Shown one piece after another: positions 28,160 to 36,720 of a stretch of DNA of 64,000 nt; position 1 is the first letter of the stretch; each line of letters opens with the position of its first letter. This DNA comes from an uncultured bacterium. Its GTDB lineage: Bacteria; Hydrothermota; Tepidihabitantia; Tepidihabitantales; DTDR01. The stretch spans positions 1,102 to 65,101 of the forward strand of contig CAZDHW010000009.1 in the NCBI GenBank assembly GCA_964505415.1, given 5' to 3'. Position numbers and translations under genes: made by a program. The notes beneath the pieces were generated by a model. The model was not told the DNA's origin. It saw only the letters and a program-made list of their open reading frames with translations, and made no database searches.

Positions 28160-28868
28160 ATCGGATATCTATACCGATTATCTCAATTTAGATATCCTGC
28201 GAATAATTGAAGCCGGCGGAATTGTAAAAGTTTTTTACGAAGATAAGAATAAAGAAATTATCGGTTTAGCCACTGCTGAATTTAATGAAAATCTCTTTAT
28301 TATTCCTTACCTCTTTGCTCCTAATCTGTCTTTAAAAATCAAACTGCTAAGCGAAATTATTAATGAAGGCAATTGCTCAAATATCTTAATCAAAATTTCT
28401 AATAACGACGAAAAGTTTATTAACTACCTTAAAGAAAATAATTTCAAATTGATAAACAGCATTATCCTCTTTCTTGGTAATCAAGAAAATCTGAAACCGG
28501 AAATTATTACTACTTTTGAAGATACTTTAAAATCGGAAAAAATGGAAATTACCACCAGCAATCTTTCACCAATAATTTACTACCATTTTCTAATGAAAGA
28601 TGGTAAATGTATTGGTGTCCTTAATGCTCAAAAAGTAGCCAAAGATTTTCCGATTATAAAAATTAACACCATTTATATCGACGAGAAATTTCGAAAAAGA
28701 AATTGCGGAAGTCTTCTTTTATCATCTTTTTTAAAATGTCTTTTAAAAGAGAAAAATTATTATGTAATTAGTGAAGTTCCTATGGGCAATCTCCCGGCAA
28801 TCAGACTTTTTTCTAAATTTAATTTTGGAATAATTGGCGCTTTTAAAATTTTAATGAAAGGAAAATAA
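28119..28868 (+). CDS. Hypothetical protein, possible GNAT-fold N-acetyltransferase
   Basis: C-terminal IYIDEKFRKRNCGSLLLSSFL...AIRLFSKFNF loosely resembles GNAT motif A/B. ORF track N-terminus (28074) overlaps the previous gene; internal MKKLN start used. Confidence 0.3.
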   Translation: MKKLNILPENLGAKSDIYTDYLNLDILRIIEAGGIVKVFYEDKNKEIIGLATAEFNENLFIIPYLFAPNLSLKIKLLSEIINEGNCSNILIKISNNDEKFINYLKENNFKLINSIILFLGNQENLKPEIITTFEDTLKSEKMEITTSNLSPIIYYHFLMKDGKCIGVLNAQKVAKDFPIIKINTIYIDEKFRKRNCGSLLLSSFLKCLLKEKNYYVISEVPMGNLPAIRLFSKFNFGIIGAFKILMKGK

Positions 28869-28874
28869 GTAACG

Positions 28875-30023
28875 ATGAAGAGTTTTAATTTTATTCCTTT
28901 TGCTCGACCTCATATTACTGAAGAAGAAGTGAACGCCGTTATGGAAACCTTAAAATCCGGTTGGTTAACCACGGGAAAAAGAACAAGGGAATTTGAAGAG
29001 GAATTTAAAAAATATATCGGTGCGCAATATGCCATCGCGGTGAATTCTTGCACCAGTGGACTTTTCTTAGTTTTAAAAGCTTTAGGAATAAAAGAAGGAG
29101 ACGAAGTAATCATTCCCACTTGGACATTCTGTGCTACGGCTAATGTGGTTATCCATTGCGGTGCCATCCCAGTTTTTACTGATGTGGCTTATGATTATCT
29201 TTTGCCACCCGAGGAGATCGAGAAGAAAATCACTAAAAAAACTAAAGCGATTATTCCTGTTCATTTTGCCGGAAAGAGTTGCGATATGAAAAAAATAAAA
29301 GAAATTGCTGAGAAATATCACCTTTATGTAATTGAAGACGCGGCTCACGCCTGCGGTACTATTTATCAAGGCAAAAAAGTTGGGAAAGAATCTTTAGCAT
29401 GCGTCTTTTCTTTTTATCCAACGAAAAACATCACTACCGGTGAAGGGGGTATGGTTGTTACCAATAATAAAGAGTTAGCAGAAAAGATAAGAATGATGGC
29501 TCTCCACGGTTTAACGCTTAATGCTTATGACCGCTATCAAAAAAATGGCAGTTGGTATTACCAAGTTGTTTATCCGGGGTATAAATGTAATATGACCGAT
29601 ATTCAAGCGAGTATCGGTCTTTGCCAATTAAGAAAGATCGAGAAGTTGATTAAAAGAAGACAAGAGATTATCAATTATTACCAAGAAAATCTCAAATATC
29701 TGCCAGATTTAATTTTACCGGAAACAGAAATTGTTGATCAAAGAGTAAGCTGGCACCTTTATGTAATAAGAATTTCAAAAACCGCAAAAATGGGGCGAGA
29801 TGCTTTAATTGATTTTTTAAGAGAAAAAAATATTGGGACATCGGTACATTTCATTCCTCTTCATCTTCATCCCTATTATCAAAAAACTTATAATTTAAAT
29901 CCTAAAGATTTTCCCGTAGCAAACACTCTCTTTTCTTCTTGTCTTTCTTTACCCCTCTATCCCGATTTAACTAAAGAAGAGCAAGATTTTATTATTTATT
30001 CTTTAAAGGAGGCATTATGTTAA
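28875..30023 (+). CDS. DegT/DnrJ/EryC1/StrS-family PLP-dependent sugar aminotransferase
   Basis: FIPFARPHITEEEVNAVMETLKSGWLTTG N-terminus. PLP lysine region FSFYPTKNITTGEGG. Confidence 0.85.
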   Translation: MKSFNFIPFARPHITEEEVNAVMETLKSGWLTTGKRTREFEEEFKKYIGAQYAIAVNSCTSGLFLVLKALGIKEGDEVIIPTWTFCATANVVIHCGAIPVFTDVAYDYLLPPEEIEKKITKKTKAIIPVHFAGKSCDMKKIKEIAEKYHLYVIEDAAHACGTIYQGKKVGKESLACVFSFYPTKNITTGEGGMVVTNNKELAEKIRMMALHGLTLNAYDRYQKNGSWYYQVVYPGYKCNMTDIQASIGLCQLRKIEKLIKRRQEIINYYQENLKYLPDLILPETEIVDQRVSWHLYVIRISKTAKMGRDALIDFLREKNIGTSVHFIPLHLHPYYQKTYNLNPKDFPVANTLFSSCLSLPLYPDLTKEEQDFIIYSLKEALC

Positions 30024-31465
30024 AAAAGTTGAATTTTAGCATTAGTTATCGATTATTGGCTGATGTTTTAATTTTAACATTTTCTTATTCTTTTGTGAAC
30101 TTCTTAACTAACCATCGTCTGCCCAATTTTCTTTCTCTTTATTTTCTTGTCACTTTTTGCTTATTTATCTTTTCTCTTTGCGGTTTCTATACTTACGGAA
30201 GAACCTATCGGGGAAGATACAAATTCCTTTTAATCCTTTTTGCCAATTCGTTAGCTTTCTTTTTATTTTATTACTTATCCCCCCTCTTTTTATTCCCTCA
30301 ACAATTACGGACACTTTTTTTTACTTACCTTTTAGCAACTTTTCTCTTGTCTTTTGCTCGTCTTTTTCTTTTATTATCAAACCATTTTACTTATTTAGAG
30401 AAAAAAAGAGCCCGGGTTATTAAAAAACCAATTGAAAGGATTTTGGTAATTGGGGGTGCCGGTTATATCGGTTCGGTGCTAGTAAGAAAATTATTAAAAT
30501 TAGGTTACAAAGTAAGAATCTTAGACAACTTTCTTTACGGAAAAGAGAGCATAAAAGAACTTATGAAAAACAAATCTTTTGAAGTAGTGGAAGGCGATTT
30601 TCGTCACATTAATATTTTAACCGAAGCCTTGGAAAATTGCGATGCCTTAATCCATTTAGGAGCCATTGTTGGTGACTCTGCTTGTGCGCTTTCCGAAAAG
30701 TTAACTATTGAAACTAATCTTCTGGCTACTAAATTTATTATTCAGGTAGCAAAAAGTAAAAATTGCCAGCGGTTTATTTTTGCTTCTACTTGTTCGGTCT
30801 ACGGTGCCAGCGATAACGAATATCTTACCGAAGAAAGCAAAACTTTTCCGGTTTCACTTTATGCCAAAACTAAATTGGATTCGGAAAAAATCCTCCTCAA
30901 AGAAGGAAAAGAGCTGGTTACTACTATTTTAAGATTTGCTACTGTTTACGGACCTTCCTATCGGGAAAGATACGATTTGGTGGTTAATCTTTTATCTTTA
31001 AAAGCAGTAAAAGAAAAGAAAATAACGGTTTACGGTGGTGAACAATGGCGACCTTTCATCCACATTGACGATCTTTGTGAAGGAATTATTAAGGTTCTCT
31101 TAGCAAAAGAAGAACTGGTAAGAGATCAGATTTTTAATTTAGGAGATACTAAAGAAAATTACCAATTAAAAGAGATTGGGGAAATTATCCAAAACATTGT
31201 TCCCGATGCGGAATTAATTATCCTACCGGAGACAAACGATAGAAGAAATTATCGGGTCTCCTTTGAAAAGATTAAAAAAGTTTTATCTTTTACTTGTCAA
31301 AAAAAAGTAAGAGATGGCGTCATTGAAATGATTGAAAGGATAAAACAAAATGGTAAAGGTTATTTTTCACCCGACTTTTTCCAATGTGTTTCTAATTATG
31401 AGAGAATTAAAAATTGTAAAAAAGAAAGTTATTGGCTGGAATTAGTTAAAGAGGAGGTCTTATGA
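30017..31465 (+). CDS. Membrane-anchored NAD-dependent nucleotide-sugar epimerase/dehydratase (extended SDR)
   Basis: Four N-terminal TM helices, then GGAGYIGS Rossmann motif and YAKTK (YxxxK) catalytic motif. TM-anchored dehydratase architecture resembles PglF/WbpM-type enzymes. Confidence 0.7.
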   Translation: MLKKLNFSISYRLLADVLILTFSYSFVNFLTNHRLPNFLSLYFLVTFCLFIFSLCGFYTYGRTYRGRYKFLLILFANSLAFFLFYYLSPLFLFPQQLRTLFFTYLLATFLLSFARLFLLLSNHFTYLEKKRARVIKKPIERILVIGGAGYIGSVLVRKLLKLGYKVRILDNFLYGKESIKELMKNKSFEVVEGDFRHINILTEALENCDALIHLGAIVGDSACALSEKLTIETNLLATKFIIQVAKSKNCQRFIFASTCSVYGASDNEYLTEESKTFPVSLYAKTKLDSEKILLKEGKELVTTILRFATVYGPSYRERYDLVVNLLSLKAVKEKKITVYGGEQWRPFIHIDDLCEGIIKVLLAKEELVRDQIFNLGDTKENYQLKEIGEIIQNIVPDAELIILPETNDRRNYRVSFEKIKKVLSFTCQKKVRDGVIEMIERIKQNGKGYFSPDFFQCVSNYERIKNCKKESYWLELVKEEVL

Positions 31466-31875
31466 GATGGGTTATTTTTCTCGGAATCTTAACTTTAGCA
31501 ATTTTCAAATTTTTAATTGCGCAACCAACGAATAAAGAAATGCCAATAAAAGCCCATATTTGGGGAGAAGTAAAAAATCCTGGCTCTTATTATCTTTCTT
31601 ATACCGGTGATATTTTAGAACTGATTTCGCAAGCCGGCGGACCCACACCTAATGCCGATTTATCAAAAATCACTTTAATTGTCGCCAAAGAGAAAAAAAG
31701 GATAGGTCTTAATCTTAATAAAATGATTAAAAAAGGTGAAATCTTGCTCCTTTCTAACGGTGATGTTGTGATCATTCCTCGTTCAAAATTAGCTACTTTA
31801 AAAGAAGCTATACCATTCATAACTACTTTAGCAGTATTTGTTAATCTTTATTTAACTTATATAACCAGGAGGTGA
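31462..31875 (+). CDS. Polysaccharide export protein (Wza-like Poly_export/SLBB domain)
   Basis: Signal/TM N-terminus. GEVKNPGSY...GDIL and DVVIIP motifs of Poly_export/SLBB. Confidence 0.55.
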   Translation: MRWVIFLGILTLAIFKFLIAQPTNKEMPIKAHIWGEVKNPGSYYLSYTGDILELISQAGGPTPNADLSKITLIVAKEKKRIGLNLNKMIKKGEILLLSNGDVVIIPRSKLATLKEAIPFITTLAVFVNLYLTYITRR

Positions 31876-31878
31876 AAA

Positions 31879-33969
31879 ATGAAAGAGTATAATCTGGAGA
31901 AAATTATTTTAATTATTAAAGAGAAAAAAAAGGTAATCATTACCATCTTTCTCCTTTCCTTGATAATTGCTCTTCTTTTTACTTTTTTAACCAAACCTGA
32001 ATACGAAAGTAGGGCCACTATTTTAGTAGAAGGTGATAAACTAAACTCTGATTTGTTCTTTTCCTCTCCCTTATCCTTTGCTAAACAAAAAAGTCTGTTA
32101 TATAACTACTCAGAAATTTTAAAATCGCATAACTTAATGCAAACGGTTTTAGAAGAATTAAAAAAGACTGAAGCGAAAAATTATTTTAAAAATATTGAAG
32201 ATTTACAGAAAAAGGTAACAATAAAAATTATCAAAGAAACCGACATTTTAAATATTAAAGCGAAAAGCGAGAAACCCGAGGCAGCAGAAATTCTTTGCGA
32301 AGTTTATGCCAAAACCTTTGAAAACTTTGTCGCTAAAATCACCAAAGAAGATGTGCAAAAAATTAAAGAATTTACTTATAACCAATTAAAAGAAATTGAA
32401 AAAGAATTACAGGCTAAAGAAAGAGAAATCACTGAATTTAAAAAGAAAAATCGGATTGCTGATTTAGACCAAGGAACCAAGGAACTTTTTCAAAATATAA
32501 TTAACATCAAAACCCTTTATGATGAAGTCCTTGCTCAATACCACGAAAAGCAAGAAGAACTCTTTTCTCTAAAAAATACCTTTAACGAAAATCAAAGGCA
32601 TTTCTACAACCAATTAATTCAAGAAAAATCTTCTTTAATTAACGAAATGCAAAAAACTTACCAAAATTTAGAAATTGAAAAAACCCACCTTTTATTATCC
32701 GGTTATGAAGAGAATAACGAAAAAATGAAAAAAATTGAAGAAAAACAAAACGAAATAAGAGAAAAGTTACTTTCCCTCACACCGGCATCTTTTATTGAGC
32801 CGTTAGAATTTCTCAAAACCTTAGAAGGCCAAGCAATCTTTAAAGAAATTGAACTTAATGCTCTTAAGGCAAAATTAACCAAACTTTCGCAATTACTTTC
32901 TCAATACGAAAGGGAATTAGCAAAATTACCAGAAAAAGAAAGAACTTATTTGAAATTGAGCCGCGATTTAGAAATTCTCCAAAAAATTTATTCCCTTTTA
33001 AGGGAAAAACACGAAGAAGCCAAAATAAACGAAGCCGGTAGGATTTCTGGAATAACTTTAATTGAGGCAAAAACACCGGCTAAAAAAATTAAACCTTCGC
33101 TTTCTTTTAATATCATTACTGCTCTCTTTTTAGGGTTAGCATTTGCTTTCGTTACTGTTTTCTTATCAGACTATTTTAATAACACGATAAAATCAATTAC
33201 TGATGTAGAAAAATTGAATGTTGGTGTTTTGACGACTATTCCGAATCTTAATAAAAAAGAAAAAACTAATGGTAACGGTGTTACTAAATTTATTATTCCT
33301 TTCTCCGATGAAGAAAAAACTTCGGCCGAAAGTTATCGGATATTAAGAACTTCCTTATTATGGTCCTTTTTCAACGAAAATAAAAAAGTCGTTTTAATAA
33401 CTTCTGCCAATCCTGAAGAAGGAAAAACAACTGTCGCCTGTAATCTTGCTTACATTCTTGCTCAAGGTGGAATAAAAACATTGCTAATTGACTTGGATTT
33501 AAGAAAACCTCGCCTTCATTCTATTTTCTCTATTAATAGAAAACCAGGATTTACTGACCTGATTCTCAATAATCTTAAACCAGGTAGCAATGGCCATATT
33601 CCTAAAACCAATTTTCCTAATCTTGATCTTCTTCCGGCCGGTTCGTTGATACCTTCGCCAGCAGATTTTTTAGAAAAAAAATTTGTTGAGGAATGGTTAA
33701 ATAAATTTAGAGAAGAATATTCAGCAATAATTATTGATTCACCGCCAGCGTTAATCGCTGCTGATGTGCCGATTCTTACTAAAAAGGTTGATGGTGTTTT
33801 ATTAGTGTGCGGCTTTCTGAAAACCGATTTAAACCAGTTAGAAGAAACAATAAAAATTCTTAACGAAAAGGAAAAGAAAGTTATTGGTTGTGTTTTAAAC
33901 TTTTATGAACCGTTAAAAAAATATCATAATTATTACTATTATCATTATAAATATCGAAAAGAAAAATAA
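31879..33969 (+). CDS. Polysaccharide co-polymerase / bacterial tyrosine autokinase (Wzc-like, Wzz domain + CpsD ATPase + C-terminal Tyr cluster)
   Basis: N-terminal TM plus Wzz/GumC region, long coiled coil, second TM. Walker A TSANPEEGKTTVACNLA. C-terminal YHNYYYYHYKY tyrosine cluster. Confidence 0.75.
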   Translation: MKEYNLEKIILIIKEKKKVIITIFLLSLIIALLFTFLTKPEYESRATILVEGDKLNSDLFFSSPLSFAKQKSLLYNYSEILKSHNLMQTVLEELKKTEAKNYFKNIEDLQKKVTIKIIKETDILNIKAKSEKPEAAEILCEVYAKTFENFVAKITKEDVQKIKEFTYNQLKEIEKELQAKEREITEFKKKNRIADLDQGTKELFQNIINIKTLYDEVLAQYHEKQEELFSLKNTFNENQRHFYNQLIQEKSSLINEMQKTYQNLEIEKTHLLLSGYEENNEKMKKIEEKQNEIREKLLSLTPASFIEPLEFLKTLEGQAIFKEIELNALKAKLTKLSQLLSQYERELAKLPEKERTYLKLSRDLEILQKIYSLLREKHEEAKINEAGRISGITLIEAKTPAKKIKPSLSFNIITALFLGLAFAFVTVFLSDYFNNTIKSITDVEKLNVGVLTTIPNLNKKEKTNGNGVTKFIIPFSDEEKTSAESYRILRTSLLWSFFNENKKVVLITSANPEEGKTTVACNLAYILAQGGIKTLLIDLDLRKPRLHSIFSINRKPGFTDLILNNLKPGSNGHIPKTNFPNLDLLPAGSLIPSPADFLEKKFVEEWLNKFREEYSAIIIDSPPALIAADVPILTKKVDGVLLVCGFLKTDLNQLEETIKILNEKEKKVIGCVLNFYEPLKKYHNYYYYHYKYRKEK

Positions 33970-36359
33970 TGAACAAAAAAATTCTTATTGTTGATGATGA
34001 TACCCTTTTTTCCCAATCATTAAAAGAAATCCTTGCTTCTCGAGGTTACGAAGTAGCTACCGCTAATACTGCTCAAGAAGCTTTAACAAAAATAAATGAA
34101 GATTATGAAGTTTGGATAGTTGATTTAAAATTACCGGATAAAGATGGCTTAGAATTGGTTGAAGAAATAAAAACTATCAAATTTCCACCACCAATAATTA
34201 TTATTTTAACTGGCTTTTCCTCCTTGCCGGCAGCCAAAAAAGCAATCACTCTTAAAGCCGATGCTTATTTAGAAAAGCCTATTGATCCGGATAGACTTTT
34301 TCTCACCCTTTACCAATTACTGAAAGAAAAGGAAGAAGCATGTAATCGTTTTAATTATTTAAAAAAAATTTTAGAAAAGGCAAGTCTTCCCGCAGCCCTT
34401 ATTGTTGACAGCAAAATAATTTTTTACAATTACTCTTTCCCGATAGAAAAGTGGCAACCTTTTGATCTTACTAATAGGAATGATTTAAAAATTGATAACC
34501 AACTTTATCGGTGCGTAGCCATTCCGGTTGAAGAAAAAGTTTCGTTAATTTTTTTAATCAATCTTTCTGATAAAGAAAGGCTAATCGAAGAATACCAAAC
34601 AATTTTTTCTTATCTTCCCTTTAAGATTTATTTAGTGAAAGATAACTATCAAGTTGTTGGTCAAAACAAATTCTGTTACCAGATTTTTAAAAATTATTCT
34701 TATCCTTGTTCCTTTTTTGGTGAAACCTGTTTACTTCTTCAGGCGAAAACTGCTAAATCAGCTGTAAAAGCCTTAAAAATAATTGAGGGGAAACATTGGG
34801 AAGAAAACTGCCTGCCTTTAAAAAATAACCAATTCCTTCTCTTTTTTATTGACCGAAGCGAAGAAGTTGAAAAAAACCAGAAATTATATCTGGCAACCGA
34901 AGAATGGGAAAAAACTTTTAATGCCATTAATGATATGATCGTAATTATCGACAAAAATTTTAACATTCTGAAAGTTAACAAAGCAACTTATCAATTTTTT
35001 AATAATAAAAAATTAATCGGCAAAAAATGCCATGAAATCTTTCACCAAACAAAAGAACCAATTATTAATTGCCCTTTTGTAAAAACCCTAAGGACAAAAA
35101 CTTCTTTTACTGAAGAAATAGAGATAAATGATCAAACATTTATCATTTCCGTTTCCCCTATTTTTGATGAAAAAGGCGAAGTGGAAAGATGTGTGCATGT
35201 CGCCCGTAACATTACAAATTTAAAGATTATTGAAGAAAATCTCAGAGAAAAAACTAAAGAATTAACTATTCTAAACCAAGAACTTCAAAATTCCCAAAAG
35301 GAATTGATAAAAACCGCAGAAAGATTAGCTAAAACGAATGAAGAATTGATTAAACTATCAAATGCTAAAACCGAATTTGTCCAAATTCTTTCTCACGAAA
35401 TGCGAACACCGCTCACCGCTATTTTAGAAGGTAGTAATCTCCTTTACGAAAATTGCCAAGAAGCCGATGCCAAAAAACTTCTTCAGTTAATCAAGAATAA
35501 TGCTCAAAAATTATTTGAATTAATTAACGATTTATTAGATTTAACTAAAATAGAAAGTGGCCGAATTGAATTATTACCGCAAGCAGTAGATATTAACAAA
35601 ATATTTTCGCAATTAATCAATAATCTCCAAGTTATCGCTAAAGAAAAAGGGGTAAAAATTATTAAAGAAATTGATGAAAAAATTCCTTTGGCTTTTGTTG
35701 ATGAAAATGCTTTTTATCGAATAATAGTCAACTTATTATCTAACGCTGTCAAATATAGCAAAGAAAATGGCGAAATTCGGATCCGAGCTTTTCCCCATTT
35801 TCAAGAAAAGAAAATTATTATTTCGATTAAGGATAATGGTATCGGCATTCCTAAAAGCGAACAATACAAAGTATTTCAGAAATTTGCTCAAATAGTTCAT
35901 CCTGGTTATCAGCCAATTAAGGGAACCGGGTTGGGATTAGCACTGTGTAAAGAATTGGTCGAAAAAAGCGGCGGTTCGATTTGGTTTGAGAGTGAAGAAC
36001 ATAAAGGGACCACTTTTTATTTCACAATTCCTATTTACGAAGAGGAAGAAGATTTTCAATATTATAAGCAGCAGCTTTTAAAAAAAGCAAAAGAACTGAA
36101 TTTAGATTTGGGTATTTTTTTAATTAAAAAAGATGGGGAGGATTTTAAGAAAGAGGAAAAAGAAATGATCAAAAATTTAGTTAAGGATTTTATGAGTGAA
36201 ACGGCTGAAATAAAAAATTTTTATAAAAAAATAGTGGTAATGGTAATTGGCAAAGAAAAGGAACTAAAAGAGAAATTTAAGAAATTTAATAGATTAATTA
36301 GGCAGGCAATTAAAGGAATCATTATTGAAGAACAGTATGAAAAAGATTTTAATAATTGA
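33969..36359 (+). CDS. Hybrid signalling protein: N-terminal receiver (REC) + PAS + histidine kinase
   Basis: REC: ILIVDDD...WIVDLKLPDKDG. PAS region. H-box LSHEMRTPLTAIL. HATPase NLLSNAVKYS, DNGIGIP and GTGLGLALC. About 120 aa C-terminal extension of unknown function. Confidence 0.8.
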   Translation: MNKKILIVDDDTLFSQSLKEILASRGYEVATANTAQEALTKINEDYEVWIVDLKLPDKDGLELVEEIKTIKFPPPIIIILTGFSSLPAAKKAITLKADAYLEKPIDPDRLFLTLYQLLKEKEEACNRFNYLKKILEKASLPAALIVDSKIIFYNYSFPIEKWQPFDLTNRNDLKIDNQLYRCVAIPVEEKVSLIFLINLSDKERLIEEYQTIFSYLPFKIYLVKDNYQVVGQNKFCYQIFKNYSYPCSFFGETCLLLQAKTAKSAVKALKIIEGKHWEENCLPLKNNQFLLFFIDRSEEVEKNQKLYLATEEWEKTFNAINDMIVIIDKNFNILKVNKATYQFFNNKKLIGKKCHEIFHQTKEPIINCPFVKTLRTKTSFTEEIEINDQTFIISVSPIFDEKGEVERCVHVARNITNLKIIEENLREKTKELTILNQELQNSQKELIKTAERLAKTNEELIKLSNAKTEFVQILSHEMRTPLTAILEGSNLLYENCQEADAKKLLQLIKNNAQKLFELINDLLDLTKIESGRIELLPQAVDINKIFSQLINNLQVIAKEKGVKIIKEIDEKIPLAFVDENAFYRIIVNLLSNAVKYSKENGEIRIRAFPHFQEKKIIISIKDNGIGIPKSEQYKVFQKFAQIVHPGYQPIKGTGLGLALCKELVEKSGGSIWFESEEHKGTTFYFTIPIYEEEEDFQYYKQQLLKKAKELNLDLGIFLIKKDGEDFKKEEKEMIKNLVKDFMSETAEIKNFYKKIVVMVIGKEKELKEKFKKFNRLIRQAIKGIIIEEQYEKDFNN

Positions 36360-36717
36360 AGACGAAGAAGCTATTCGTTTTATTTTAGAAAAAAGGTTAA
36401 GCGATGCCGGCTACTTTGTTATTTCGGCAGAAGATGGAATTGAAGGGTTAAATAAACTGAGAAAAGAAAATCCTGATTTAATAGTTTTGGATTTAATGCT
36501 GCCGGGTTTAGACGGTTACCAAATATGTAGTTTAATAAAAAGAGATCGGCGATATGCTCATATCCCGGTACTTATTCTTACCGCCCGCATTCAACAGAAG
36601 GACTACGAAATGGCTATGGCGGTGGGGGCTGATGCTTTTTTAACCAAACCTTTTGAAAGTCAAGTGCTTTTAAGCAAAATTGAAGAACTTTTAAAAAATA
36701 ATAAAAAGGAGGAATAA
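36325..36717 (+). CDS. Response regulator, receiver domain only
   Basis: KILIIEDEE...LIVLDLMLPGLDG...K. 130 aa with no output domain. 35-bp overlap with the hybrid kinase gene. Confidence 0.8.
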   Translation: MKNSMKKILIIEDEEAIRFILEKRLSDAGYFVISAEDGIEGLNKLRKENPDLIVLDLMLPGLDGYQICSLIKRDRRYAHIPVLILTARIQQKDYEMAMAVGADAFLTKPFESQVLLSKIEELLKNNKKEE

Positions 36718-36720
36718 ACT

